A stretch of 64,000 bases of DNA from Felis catus (taxonomy: Eukaryota): NCBI RefSeq assembly GCF_018350175.1, contig NC_058368.1, positions 211,422,001 to 211,486,000 on the forward strand, given 5' to 3'. The notes under the pieces are model-generated. The model was not told where the DNA came from. It saw only the letters and a program-made list of their open reading frames with translations, and did no database searches. Shown here piece by piece: positions 37,471 to 50,265 of the stretch. The position numbers and the translations under genes are program-made. Position 1 is the first letter of the stretch. Every line of letters starts with the position of its first letter.

Positions 37471-40429
37471 GCAGGGAACTTCCGGCCCCGGAAAATTCAG
37501 GGCCGCTGGGGCCAACCTGGGCTTTCCGGTCTTTTTTGTTTTGTCGGGGCGCGACTCGCACAGCCTCAGGCTTGCTTTCAAAACTTCCCTCAGCTGCAGC
37601 GGAAACGTCACCAGTGTTTTTCTCGAAGGGACTTTACCTGTCAGGGTTGAAGATGCGGGAAGAGGAGAGAAATCCCACCGGAGGATGGAAGAGAGCGCCG
37701 GGTTCCACGATCCTACCTACGTAAAGCAGTAGTGTACGGTGTACCCGGCTGTATGGGCGCACCCCTGCGCGCCCCCTGAACCCCCTCCGCCCCCCTGGTG
37801 TTCTGGCTCTCCGGGAGCGGAGAGAAAAGGCTCAGGTATGACTACTGACGGTGTCGGCACCGTCTGTGTTGCCTCTCTCGGTGAGATTTGAGCCATGCTT
37901 GATCAGGAACGCGGAGTGCAGGAAATGAGTAGTTTAAGCAATAGGCCACTAATTCTGCTAATGATTAGCAGTTCCGGGAACATTTTCGAGGGGGTGGGGC
38001 ACATTTGGCAAACACCACACAGCCCTGATTTATGCAGCACGTGTTCTTATACCACCGCTCCTCTTCAGTAGCCTGACGTACACAGTAACAATAATTAAGG
38101 TCTGACAGGTGCAGGGGCCCTTGTGGCTAGTACCTGAAGGAACAGCACCGGCCCCGTAGCCTTGTGTATAAGAGTATGATCACGAACCCTACAATAAACG
38201 AGGGACCCATGGCAAGTCAAGCTGAAGGTGATGTGTCCTCATTTCCAAAAAAGCAGGCTCGGTAGAGAGAGAAGGAAAACATGTACTAAGAACTTCACAG
38301 GTGGTGTTTAGATTTGGTGTTTGTTCTTTCCAGTTCGGAGGATGAAGTTTAATTGCTACTGATCCAAGACTGCCAAGACAGACCAACCAAGATAGGTTGG
38401 AGGAGCTGTTTAAATGAGTTTGCATAAATATCTCTTAAGGAAAACCTAGACAGCCTTTTAACTTAAGGTTTAAAACTGTTGGCTCAAGATCCTGAGTCAA
38501 AATTTTAGAAAGAGCCCACCCCCTTTATTCTGTCTCTTAAGAGCTCTCCCAACATGGAACAAGGATGAGAGCAATGGACTAGCTTCAAGATTTCCCCTAT
38601 CTGGTTTTGACTCCGCGTGGCCTGGGGCAAATCACAGCCCCTGGGTCTCGATTTTCTATGCAAGAAGAGTATTTGTTACTATGAACAGTATTTAACATAT
38701 ATGAGGATAAAAAGGAAGAACTGGTTTCCTGTTCTCTAATTCTCATTTCCCTTACCGTTAAGTTGGTCTTCATCAAATTGAAAGGTTTTAATGTTCTGTC
38801 ATTCTGGGAATTGGCTGGGAGTTTGTCTCTCAGTGTGTTAAGTGTAACTTCTCCTTCCTGAACACTGGCTTTTGCCCATGTGGTGAAGGGAAGTGAGGTA
38901 CCAGAACAGGCACTGAATTCCCATTTTAAGAATGACACTCTGGTTCCACCTCCATTTAATTAGCTCTGACCAGAAGTAGTTCATCTGTAAAATTAAAGGA
39001 AGGGTAAAGACTCAGAAGGTTAAATTAAGAGAAGGTTAAAGAAGGTTAAACACACAGGTCAAACCTGTGTGTGGTTTTTTTCTTTCCTTGCCGTCTTCAC
39101 CCTGTCCCCAAATGTAAACCTTAGTCACGGGTAAATGTGCTGAAACATTGTTTAGTAACTGAAACGCGGTGCTAGTAATCTGGGCAGACATTGCTTTCAG
39201 TGTGTTGGCTCACGGTCCCTCCCTTGATCCTGAACAAGCATCGCTGTTACAGAATCACACAGAGGAAGCATGTGCACAGGGTCCTTCCAGATTCTTCCAT
39301 CCCCAAATAAACCGTGATTAACTCCTAATTATTTCAACTTCAAAGACTGTGAAACTTAAGGACAGGAAATGCAAATAAGATTTCCCTTTGACCGTATAAT
39401 TTCTTAAAACACATCTGTCCTCTCTAGAATGGGTTAGAGACCTTACTTCTGAGCTCCCACACTATCCCATCCATAATCTCCTCTTGACACCATTATATTG
39501 GCACTCTCTGAGTTTCTCACAGTCTCCATGCATCTGTCCATCCACTCAGAAAAAAAAAAAAATGCATATTGAAGAAACCTATTCTGTGCCCAATACTGTT
39601 CTAAGCGTTAGGGAAGCAATAGCAAATAAATAGACAAAGATTTTGCTGTCTTGGAGCTTCTATTCTACTAGGTAAAGAAAAACAGGGCTATTAGTAAATA
39701 GTCTGATGTCTCTGCAAGTTAGAAAAAGACACAGAGCTGAGGGAATAGGCAACAATTTTGTGTGAATTAGAATTAAAAAAAAAAAAAAGCCTCTTCCTTC
39801 ATCCAGACTCAGGCCCCCTGTTAAGTGGTTAAGCTTTGGGACTAGAGGGTGGGCTGGATTTTAGGACTCCCCTCCTCCCTCAACTGGGTGAACCACCTTA
39901 CATGAAAGTGACAAATTGTATGGAGAAAAATAAAGTCAGATAAAGGATCTAGAAAGTGATGCGGACATATAGATTGTGCTAGTAGTTAAGGAGGGCCTCT
40001 CTGACAAGGTGGCATTGAGCAGAGGAAATAAAGGAGAAATAATACAAATGTCAGAAGAACATTTTAAGATAACAGCAAGTACAAAGGCCCTGAGGCAGGA
40101 GCAAGTTTGGTGGGTTCAAGTAAGAGCAAAATGGCAATTAAGAATGAGGAGGCTGAGGAATGGGTCCGAGAAAGAGCAGAGCATTGCAGGGCCTTCTAGA
40201 CAATTCATCTAAATATCCACCCACCCAGTGAATACTGAATCCCTACCAGGTGGCAGGCCCCGGTCTGATCAGTTGTGAGTTCCTTGTGAGCGGGAGGTGT
40301 TACGTTCACCACTGAGCCTTTGGCAGTCAACAAAGTGCCTGGCTTATTATCAGTGCTCCGCAATATTTAAGAAGCCTGGAGTCATCTTGCGGAACTCTCC
40401 AGTAGCAGAGATTCTAGCTCCTCAGTATG

Positions 40430-41102
40430 GATATCAGTTCCCTATCACTGCTGTAACAAATCACAATAAATTTATTGGCTTAAAACAACACAAGTCTATT
40501 ATGTCATGGTTCTGGAGGTCAGAAGTCTGCAGTGACTGTCACTGGGCTAGAGACAAGGTGTAAACGAGGCTGGGTCTTTCTAGGGGCTTTCGGGAGAATC
40601 GTGGGGAGAATCGTGTTTTCTTGCCTTTTCCAGCTTCTAGAGACCACTTGCGTTCCTTGGTTTGTGGCTTCAGCCTCCACCCTCAGAGCCAGCAGCACAG
40701 CATCTTTATTTTAATGTTTGTTTATTCAGAGAGAGAGAGTGCACGAGTAGGGGGCAGGGCAGAGAGGGAGAGAGAGGTTCTCAAGCAGGCTCTGCACCAT
40801 GAGCACGGAGCCCAATGTGGGTGCTCAGATTCATAAACCATGAGATCACGACCTGAGCCGAAAGCAAGAGTCAGATGCTCAACTGACTGAGCCACCCAGC
40901 CACCCCCGGGGCGGCATCTTTAAATCTCTGACTCCTTCCACTTTAACAGACCCTTCTGATTAAGTCAGCCCCACCATAGAGCCCAGGACAATCTTAATTC
41001 TGCCAGTTTAGTTTTTCTTTGCCATATTACATAAAATATTCACATATTCCAGGAATCGGGACATAGACCTCTTAGGGGGGAGGTCCACTATTTTGCCTAC
41101 TC
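40430..41102 (-). mobile_element. MLT1 (MaLR) LTR interrupted by a CAN-SINE at ~40705-40905
   Basis: gctgtaacaaat...ggcttaaaacaacac...gttctggaggtcagaagtc signature; SINE TSD gcatcttta. Confidence 0.75.
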
Positions 41103-42229
41103 AGTGTGTTTAACCTGACTTAATTTGCATATGTTTGAAAACATCCAGAGGTCACACAAAGGGAACCCGCGCTACTTCTCCTCCTGTTAAAAACTTACAG
41201 TATTTGGCTGTGTCTTGTTCCTTTCTCTCCCCTACACATCTTCCATTTATAATCTAGTACATCTAGTCACAGTACTTGAATATACGGTTTCTTCCCATGG
41301 TAGGGCTTAGTTTATAATGAATGTGCAGGGATGTCTTCCCTTCCACTCCCCTCTATCTCTTCCTCTTCAGAGGAGCTTTTCCATCTGCTGAAACCCACTT
41401 TGATTGCTCTCTCAACCGACAGGCTCCTATGGCTTATTCATGGCAGCCATCACAGTTGAGCTCTTGTCCTTTGATTGTTTCACAAATATGCAATTCTCAC
41501 GCTTGAATTCTTTGCCCAAAGCTGAACAGAAATTGCCACTCTGTGAATGCCTTGGTCTGTTGCTTTTCCCAGCCCCCGCTTAGTTTTGCAGCCTGCCTTT
41601 TAACTGCTCAGAAAGCATCATCCCCATCTTTGCTGGAGAGTGTTTCTGCTGCTGTCAGCACCCAGCATTCCACAGTTATGCCACGTTGCACAAGGTTGTG
41701 CTTCAACACGTTCTGGGAACATTTCCCCCACACAGTGTATTATGTGTTTATCTTAAGTTGGGTGGGTTTAATTATTAAAGGCTTTGCAGTCTGTCTTCAA
41801 ATTTACGTAAGGAAAACAAAACGATGAGTCTTATTCAACCAGTGTGAAGAAAAAGGCCATTCTTTCTCACACACGCTGTGATGATGCATACGCCATTCTA
41901 CTTTTGTTCTCTGCATTCTTGTATCACATGATGGAAGCTATTGTGAAAATAGGCAATTTGAAAATTACCCAAATAGTCCTCACATGTGTGCATGGAGACA
42001 TTTATATATAGCACAGTCATCACATCATTTTTAGGGCTGTAAAATTCTGGAAGCATCAATGAGGAACTAATAAAAATATAGCACCATCGAACTATGAAAT
42101 ATTATGCAACAGTTAAAAGGAATTAAATGTGTGATGGGGAACAGTATTTCTCCAAGATATTTTATGTATCTTTTTTTTTTCTTGTAAGAAGAGAAACGAC
42201 CAATCTAATGGAAGCTTTTAAATAGTTTA

Positions 42230-42425
42230 GGGCACCTGGGTGGCTCAGTTGGTGAATTGTCCCACTTCGGCTCAGGTCATGATCTCACGGTTTGAGCCCT
42301 GTGTCAGGCTTTGTACCCACAGCTCAGAGCCTGGAGACTGTTTCAGATTCTGTGTCTCCCTCTCTCTCTGCCCCTCTCCTGCTCACGCTCTCTCTATCCT
42401 TCAAAAATAAACATTAAAAAAATTT
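42230..42425 (+). mobile_element. SINEC_Fc
   Basis: TSD ttttaaatagtt. Confidence 0.88.
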
Positions 42426-42794
42426 TTTTAAATAGTTAGAACAGACAACTGAGGGGCAATTTTGAATTGAAGAACATGATGCCACTGCCCACAAGTGGCT
42501 GATGCTTGGGGCTGAGCTGCTAATCAGCTGACCTTAAATAAGGATTTCCCTGGGTTATCTGGGTGGGTGTGATGTAATCGGAGGGGTCTTCTAAAGTGGA
42601 AGGGGGGGGGGGGGTGTCAGAGTCCAACATTAAAGATGCTAGGAGATGGAAATGTGGTGACAGCGAGAGACCGTGGACCACTGGCAGCCACTGAGTGTGA
42701 CTTGGGGTGGAAAGCACCATCATACCCAACGCCTCTGACCTGATCCTAAGAAGCCATACACATATGCTTATGAAGGCACCAAAAGTCAACAGAG

Positions 42795-44654
42795 ATGCAA
42801 AATGAAACAAAAGTTTATTTTCTGCAATACCTTCTGTAAATTACAAAGGCAAAATGCTAAACTACAGCATATAACTTTTCAATATTTAACCAGAGTACTT
42901 ATAATAAATACGCATCCTGAAACAAGATAAAAGGCTACACTTTGTCAGGCGTCCTACAAAATGTCTCAAGTTTTATACTCTGCAGCATTTCTGCGTGGGG
43001 GCAGGAGGGGGGGGTTGTTTGTATTTTCTTAAGTGCTGTGACAAAAGGTCCTTTCACATTTCTTTGGAGCATTTTCGAAATTGGTGAAGTATAAACAACT
43101 TAAGAAAAGGAACACCAAGCTTGAAAGCCGTTTCTGCTTTGTGGTCGTTGGTCCTCATCCAATACAGATGAGCACATCCTCCAATATAGCCCATCACCCT
43201 GTGTGCCCAGGCACCCTCTGTTCTGTGGACCCCGTCAGAGCAGGCCTACGCTTTGCGTTATATACTTTGGAGACGTCTGTATTCAGCTTACATCTCTCAA
43301 CAAAAACAATGCCATAAGGAAGCTGCAAGCAAGTTCGAAACGTTTTTAACCTGAAAGTCAAGGGAACAGAAGTATTTGCCCCCACGACCTTTGCTATGCA
43401 CCATCATATATGTGTACCATGTTAGGATTCTGGTTTCAAAGGTGGAAAAGTGATTGGCTAACAGTCCTTCCAAGAGATCATTTATGGGTGCTGGTAGAGC
43501 TGGGGTATTCAAAAATACTCAGTGGGTAAAAGGAAGATTTTCTATATTCAGAAATGTGCTACAGTTGTGAGGACACGATGGCAGAGAGGCTAGGGGGCCG
43601 GTGGCAGCTCGTGTAGAGTTTGGAAAGGGAATACATAACTACCTTGGCTATCGCTGCAAACTCTGAGGAGAAAGTTATGCTTTAAAAAAGTCATAAGCAT
43701 GGTTATCTAAAAATACTTTGTTAATAGAGTCTAATGTAAATTTCACTCATTTAGGGGTTTAGCTATGAAAACATCTTTAAGAGCCAATAAAAATATTGTA
43801 GAGAAAAAAACACTTTTAAAAAACTGAGGTTAAGAACTATGAGGCATTTTTTTTTTTTTTTTTTTGGCTGTAAACACGCAGTTTACTGTCCCTTGTTGAA
43901 ACACGAATGTTTGGATTCCTGAGCTTCACGGATAACAGGAGGCAAGTTTGCATAGAAGATTTGCAATATGTCAACGATTTGCTTCAAAAGAATTTCCAAG
44001 GACAACTTGCTTTTGTTTTTCAACTTCGTATTTTAGTTAAGAGTGCTCATCAAACTCTGAGACTAACAAGCAGGGTGATGAGCTATATAAGGCAGAGGGG
44101 GGAAAATGATGGGATTCATGTTTTAAGTCCACAGGATGTCATGATAAAGTATGCACCACATAACGAGTGCCATACTATTTTGGTCAGAAGTTAAATCACG
44201 TTTTGGGCTTGGAAACCAAAGGCAAAGGGGCTCTCGGGTGCTGACTGACACCGCCTGAGTGTAGGAACTAAAGCAACGTTCGCTGAGCGGGGAGGTCTCA
44301 ACATATTGCTCAGTGATGACAAAGCCCCTCAGCTGGTCGGGTCCCACAGCAGGTGCCCACCCACCAGCACCAGGACCAGGACCAGGACCAGACCCCTGGT
44401 TCCAGATTCCGGCTCTGGAATCTGAAGGGACACCAGGGCATTTCACTTGTGCTGCTCTCAAGTCTCTAAGCAGCTCTGGGGAGGACAGCCCTCTCCTGGA
44501 CCCAGTCCTCAGAAAGCTGCCTTAGGAAAGGGAAAAAGCTAGGCTGGGCCACGGTGCATACCACGAGTGAGAACAATGGCAGTGGTTGCCGACAACTCCA
44601 GATCTAACACAAAGATGGACAACAAGGGGGCAGTGTCCTGCCACGGAATCCATT
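42795..44654 (-). other. RAI14: RAI14 3'UTR (~1.85 kb)
   Basis: Repeat-free sequence from the stop codon to the AATAAA at 42814-42819; the cleavage site is approximate. Confidence 0.75.
42814..42819 (-). terminator. RAI14: Polyadenylation signal AATAAA of RAI14
   Basis: Minus strand GAAAATAAACTTTTGTTTCATTTTGCATCTCTGTTGACTTTT, i.e. followed by U/GU-rich sequence. Confidence 0.75.
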
Positions 44655-44732
44655 CTACTTCTTCTGGGACTGGTTTTTACACATGGTAAGGATCTGCTTC
44701 AGTACTTTCTGGACATCTTCATCCATCTGGCC
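44655..44732 (-). CDS. RAI14: RAI14 terminal exon, coding part (GQMDEDVQKVLKQILTMCKNQSQKK*)
   Basis: ttccttag|GGC...AAG TAG; matches the recalled RAI14 C-terminus. Confidence 0.96.
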   Translation of the reverse strand, partial: GQMDEDVQKVLKQILTMCKNQSQKK

Positions 44733-45327
44733 CTAAGGAATTCAAACAAAAGACAATCATTAGAACTTAAGGTCAGTCCTGGCGGTCTTCCCCAGGGAAC
44801 GCGACGGCCGGCTGACATGAAGCCCTTGGCTTTCTCCCGGATCTTCCAAAGGAACGTCAGCCCTACTGATTCTGACGTTTCTAGGAGGGACTGAGAGAGC
44901 GGGCCTTGCTCTTGTCTCTCTGGAGGATGATGAGGCTGGGTGTGCTAGAGCCGCCAGCAAAGGGTTTCTGGGTCTCAGTTGCAAATGTGAGCCCCGCCAG
45001 CCAAGCCGACAACAGTCGTGGGGTGAGACAGTGCTGCCGGCTGAGAACATTGGCACGCCTGAGAAAGCAAGCCTGGGTTCCTCCCCCTGGTGGGGGTAGC
45101 AGCCACATCCTCCTTCATTCCTCAACAGAGGATGAGGCTGTTCTCCGTAAACGGCACAGGGCTCCTGACAAATCCAAAGCAACGCAAAAGGCGTTTTAAA
45201 GCTTCTCAATGTAAAAGATTCTCCTCGACTTTTCATTTGTTCTACTGGCTTAGTGACGGGAGCTGGGGTGACATCCGCTGTGGTATTTCTTTAGGATACC
45301 CAGGTACTTCATAGGCTGTTACCATAC

Positions 45328-45393
45328 CTGCACAGCATACAGAAGATGCATTCGGTAAACAGATATCACCTCCTGGTGTTGTTTCTTGCAGTC
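45328..45393 (-). CDS. RAI14: RAI14 penultimate exon (DCKKQHQEVISVYRMHLLYAVQ)
   Basis: tttctag|GAC...CAG|gtatgg; 66 nt. Confidence 0.95.
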
Positions 45394-46195
45394 CTAGAAA
45401 GAGACAATTTGACACTGTTCAGCAGACCTTTACAGAACAAAAACAAAAAACTGTAAGAAAGCTGTGGCCAAATGCTACCACCCAAGTGATTTCCTCCACC
45501 AAATGCTAGCATATGAGGACTTAAAAATTACTGTGGGCTCACTGGGATGTAGATTTCTGAACACTCGTCAAAATTCTTAGAGAAAGATCTGTCAATATTC
45601 TTAGGGGGAGAAAATCTACCTATTTCACATTTTGATACAACTCTAGAAGAAAATTCACGTAAAAACTAGTTATTATATAATCCCACATTTGTTGCAAAAA
45701 ACATATGTATACATGCTTATGCAAATACACAGATACATTCACACAAAATAAATGGTGCAAAGAAACATACTGAATGCAAAAAATGACTATCTCTGAGTGG
45801 TTGAATTATGGGCAATTTTTATTTATAGAAATTTTCCAGAGTTTTCTGTATTTTCCAACTTTTCTACAATGACCAAGTATTCATTACTTTAATTTTTAAA
45901 ATCTAGTCTTTTAAAAGGAGTTGTTGATCTCTCACAAAATAGCCAGTCCTAGAGCCCCCCAGGGAGTTCAATTATTTAGGTGTCAATGGTGATGAACAGG
46001 GTGGTGGCACCAATCCCAAATCGCTGTATGTTCCTCAGTACAGCTGTTGATGCTTTTATTTCTCCTTGTGGAGCTACTGTTGCAGTTCCCCTCAGTGACG
46101 ATTTCAAAAATCTTAGCTCTGAACTCTTCTAAGATGGTTTTCCTCCAATTTCATGATACAAATTGATCCTATATAGATCACTCCAAACATCTACA

Positions 46196-46384
46196 GGGGT
46201 GCCTGGGTGGCTCAGCTGGTTGAGTGTCCGACTTTGGCTCAGTTCTTGACCTCATGGTTCGTGGAGTCGAGCCCCGCATCGGGCTCACTTCTGTCAGCAC
46301 AGAGCCCACTTCAGATCCTCTATCCCCCCTCTCTGCCCCTCTCCTGCTCACCCTCTCTCAAAAACAAATAAACATTTTTTAAAA
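46196..46384 (+). mobile_element. CAN-SINE
   Basis: Head/CT/tail; TSD atctaca. Confidence 0.85.
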
Positions 46385-46559
46385 ATCTACAAAAGTCCAT
46401 CAATACCCTTCTCACCTCTTTCCTATGAGTGTCAGAACATGAGCTGTCCTTCCTATTCAAGGACAACCTATGAAACCTCAGTCCCTTGAAGTTCACACCA
46501 TTAGAAGGTGTGCTTAGTACCTTTTTCTGTGTTGTTTCCTCCCATCTTTTGCACACTTC

Positions 46560-47250
46560 CACTCAGTCACTTAAAACTTCATCTTCTGATCATCACCCTC
46601 CTTTCCATCTCTGTTTCTGTCATCATTTGGATGGCCACAACATCCACATGCATGAGCCACGTGACACTTTGGCCTCTCAGTTCCCCAGGGACGTCCTCCT
46701 CCTCCTCCTCCTCCTCCTCCTCCTCCTCCCAGCCACACATACTCACAGTCACAGCCCTGTCTCTGTCATTACCTCTGAAATCAAATGAAAGCACCTCACC
46801 TTCTGATCACCATCTACCTTTCTAGCAAATGTGCTGTAGCCTTTCCTGACTCTTGCTGTGGATCTTCAGCCCCATCAGATTCCTAGCTACTTGGTCACTT
46901 CTCTCGGGCAGCCTACTGGGGTCCCAATCCCACCCCACCACCCCACTCGGACTGTCCTTGCCACGGCTGCCAAGGGCCATCTAAACCCCACATTTCAGTC
47001 CTTGCTGCCTCTTCCCTATCCCCTTGAGATTCAGCATGAGCTTCACTTCCTGCAGGAAGCCTTTCGAGACACTTCTTCTGTATGCCCAGAGCATGCTGGG
47101 CATCTATCAGTTGGTGCTTACCACACAGAGAATATGGAAAGCCATTATATTAAAGTATAAATTCAGTGAGGACAGGGACTGTGTCTTACTCACTTTTATA
47201 CCACCAGCACCTTATATAATATTGATACGTAAGAGCTCATTAAACATTGA
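46560..47250 (+). mobile_element. L2 relic (endonuclease region plus 3' pieces) with (CCT)n
   Basis: ORF track shows LDGHNIH (cf. LGDFNIH) and SDHH, APE endonuclease motifs. Confidence 0.55.
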
Positions 47251-47594
47251 AAATTTTAAAATAATTGTATAAACCATCAGCACTTTACCTAAGTCTGTGA
47301 TAACCACTTTATGAGAAAAATGACCTGCAGAACACAATAGGGAGCATCTTCTTCTCCCCTGAATATTCCTTTGCTGCGAGAGATGATAACACAAAAAAGC
47401 TGGTTTTATACTCTGTGGCCAGCCAGAGTCTGGACTGCAGAAACCTGAATTGACCCGTGTCAAAGTCTATACTGAAGACATCATGAAATCCAGGTCCTAT
47501 TTGTAAACAGAAACTAGAGATCTGTCTTGAACCACCCCTTGATTTCACATGGAAAACATAACCTACCCATGTCAACAAAAACCTTAACAAATAT

Positions 47595-48284
47595 TGTGGT
47601 AGGTGAAATACTGGCCCTCCAAAGATGCCCACACCCTAAACCCCAGAACCTGTGGAATGTTACCTATATGGTAAAAGGACCTTGTAGGTAGGATTAAGTT
47701 AAGGATCTTGAGATGGAGGAAAGGTTTATTCTGATTATCTGGGTATCTCTTAAACATAATCACAAGGGTCCTTAGAGAAGCAAGGCCAAAGGTGGAAGGA
47801 GGAGATGGGAGAACAGAACCAGAGGTGGAGTGATGTACTTCAAAGGTGGAGGTAGGGGCCATGAGCCAAGGAATTCAGGTGACCTCTAAAAGCTAGCAAA
47901 GCCCGGGAAATGGATTCTCCCCTAGAGCTTCCAGAAGGAACCACCTCTGCTGACACTTTGATTTTGGTGACACTGATTTCACACTAATTGATCTCCAGAA
48001 TTTTAAAAGCATAAATTTGTGGAGTTTTAAAAAAAAGTTTGAGAGAGAGCCCAAGCAAGTGTGCAAGTAGGGGAGGGGCAGAGAGAGAGGGACACAGAAT
48101 CCCAAGCAGGCTCAGCACTCTCAGCATGGAGCCCCACTCGGGGCTCAAACTCACGTACCGTGAGATCATGACCTGAGCCAAAATCAAGAGTCAGACACTT
48201 AACCAACTGAGCCACACAGGTGCCCCAAATTTGTGTTGTTTTAAACCAAGTTATCTGTTACAATAGCCACAGGAAACGAATACA
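47595..48284 (+). mobile_element. MLT1 (MaLR) LTR interrupted by a CAN-SINE at 48028-48226 (-)
   Basis: tgtggtagg...ccaaagatg...gattaagttaaggatcttgagatgg...ggaaacgaataca; SINE TSD aaatttgtg. Confidence 0.8.
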
Positions 48285-48443
48285 GATATGGAAGGACTCT
48301 CCTGGGTGAAGTGAAGAGAGAGGCCAATAAGCAGATTCAGACGCGCAGATATGCAATTACCAGAGATCCTGGGCCCTAATAAAAAGTTCTTGCCACTGCC
48401 AGAGACAGTAATGACTGCGGTCAAAAAAAAAGGGAGAGAGGGT

Positions 48444-48660
48444 GGGGCGCCTGGGTGGCTCAGTCGGTTAAGTGTCAGACTTCAGCTCAGGTCATGATCT
48501 CGCAGTTTGTGGGTTCGAGCCCCACGTCAGGCTCTGTGCTGACAGCTGGAAGCCTGGAGACTGTTTTGGATTCTGTGGCTCCCTCTCTCTCTGCCCCTCC
48601 CTTGCTCACACTCTGTCTCTCTTTCCCTCTCTCAAAAAATAAACGTTAAAAAAAAAAAAA
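48444..48660 (+). mobile_element. SINEC_Fc
   Basis: Head/CT/tail; TSD gagagggtg. Confidence 0.9.
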
Positions 48661-48951
48661 TGGAGAGGGTGAAAAGTTAGTGGATGTGTCAATGTGACGC
48701 CTATGTGCCACCATGCTGCCTCCCCCCTCTCAGAGATCCAGGTGACCCACCTTATTGCAGGTGATGACTAGAAATCCCACCACTTCCTCCTGCCCTCACC
48801 AAACAAGTCTTTAGCTACTCAGCCACTCCTTCAGGCTGGGGCTCTTCTCACTCCAACCTGTCCCCACCCAGCTGAGCTGGTGCGTAATCTGCCTCGTCCT
48901 CCACCCCCAACCCCCCACCCCCAAGCAGGAGGCAGAAACAAGCCCACTCAC

Positions 48952-49101
48952 AGCCAGCTGGCTCTGTAGCTGCTTGACCTGCTGCTGCAGTCCTTCCAGC
49001 TGCTGACTCTGCCTCTTGGACGAGCTAGCTGAGTAGGAGAGCTGCGAGAGGCTGTTCAGGGCCTCCTTCAACTTGGTGACTTCCTTTGACATCTCACTTA
49101 T
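48952..49101 (-). CDS. RAI14: RAI14 exon ([23 protein letters not shown]...QLQSQLA)
   Basis: tcgccag|ATA...GCT|gtgagt; 150 nt, phase 0->0; inside ORF 48811..49293. Confidence 0.96.
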
Positions 49102-50265
49102 CTGGCGAGAAAGGAAAACTATCAGCAATAGGCAGGCAAGATTCTGGATAGTTCTCGAACACAGCCTCTTACTGGCCTCAGGGACTTGAGACTTTGGAAC
49201 AATTTCTCTTTTATTTTTTAAAGAAAACCCATACAATGAAATAGGTAACAAAATCAGCAAACCCACATAGCCCTCTAAGGCCACTATATTCAAATAAGGG
49301 CCCCAGATTCAATACCGTGCTTCGAGGCATGAGGGTAAACAAAAGCTAGGATGATGCTTTCCTATTTTACTGTGAATGGGGGGTACTATCAGAATGAGGA
49401 TTTTAGGCATTCTTTATTTTGAGACGGCTATGTCTTGTTCAGTAGTGCTGACATGGGCAATCAGGAATGAGTCCTAGGAACCCTGACTTCTCTGGGCATC
49501 TTGCTTTAAAGTAAACATAACCCGTCCCCGCAACCTGACCTCTGCCTCCTAACTCTCTGCCCCCTTGGCTCTGGAAGCTCTTTTTGAAATTTTCATCATA
49601 CTAAAGGAATAAATGATAAACAGTGCTCTGATCAATGCCGTTTGGAAAATCTGACCCAGAGGACTGGGGATGTGGAGCAGATTCAGGCACAGAACCATTT
49701 TTTACGCTCCCCTCCCCTTTGTTTCCCCTCCTTCCGCCAAGCCACGCTCAGCCCATCTCTAATCACCTGCTCCCCACATTCCCTGCTTCCCCTCCTATAT
49801 ACATCTTTGACAATGAGTGCCACGGAGGGTGGTTCTTAACACTGACTCAGGGGAAAGCTCATGGAACTTAGGGAAGCAGGATTAAGTCTGGAAGTATTTG
49901 GGTTTCCATATGATGGAAGAATCTGTTTGGATTCCAAGAGTTGAAGTTCAAGATGGGTTACAAATGCCTTTCAGTTTGTGGGTTCGCTTCTGATCCCTGA
50001 CACTTGACACAGCTTCTGTAAAATAATTTTAAAAGGGAAAATATGCACCACATATGTGAAAATGCTTCAATATAAGGGGAGTGATCGACGATCAGTGTTT
50101 TGTTTTGTTTTTTTAAACATAAATGTCCAAACTACTAATCTTAATGTGGCCATGGGGACAGATGGAGTCACATGCAGAACTTCTGAGCAATCACAAGAGA
50201 CCAGTGCTAACTAGAAACTAGTGTCTAGCTAACTAGAAACTCAACAGCAATGGAGTCTCACCAAC

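Larger units (their letters stand above)
37050..37920 (-). promoter_or_regulatory. TTC23L: CpG island / TTC23L promoter and probable non-coding first exon
   Basis: The only strongly CpG-dense non-SINE segment in the window, 1.1-2 kb upstream of the ATG exon; contains ETS-like CCGGAA/TTCCGG motifs. The exon 1 donor could not be pinned down. Confidence 0.8.

Noticed and set aside
37267..37650. Overlapping ORFs of 90-115 aa in the CpG island
   Set aside because: Expected in GC-rich, stop-poor sequence; no recognisable homology
40243..40256. CTCF-like motif CTACCAGGTGGCAG between the genes (another, CCACCAGGGGGAGG, on the - strand at ~45080-45093)
   Set aside because: Imperfect matches; the first appears to derive from an L2 3' end, and neither can be supported without ChIP or conservation data
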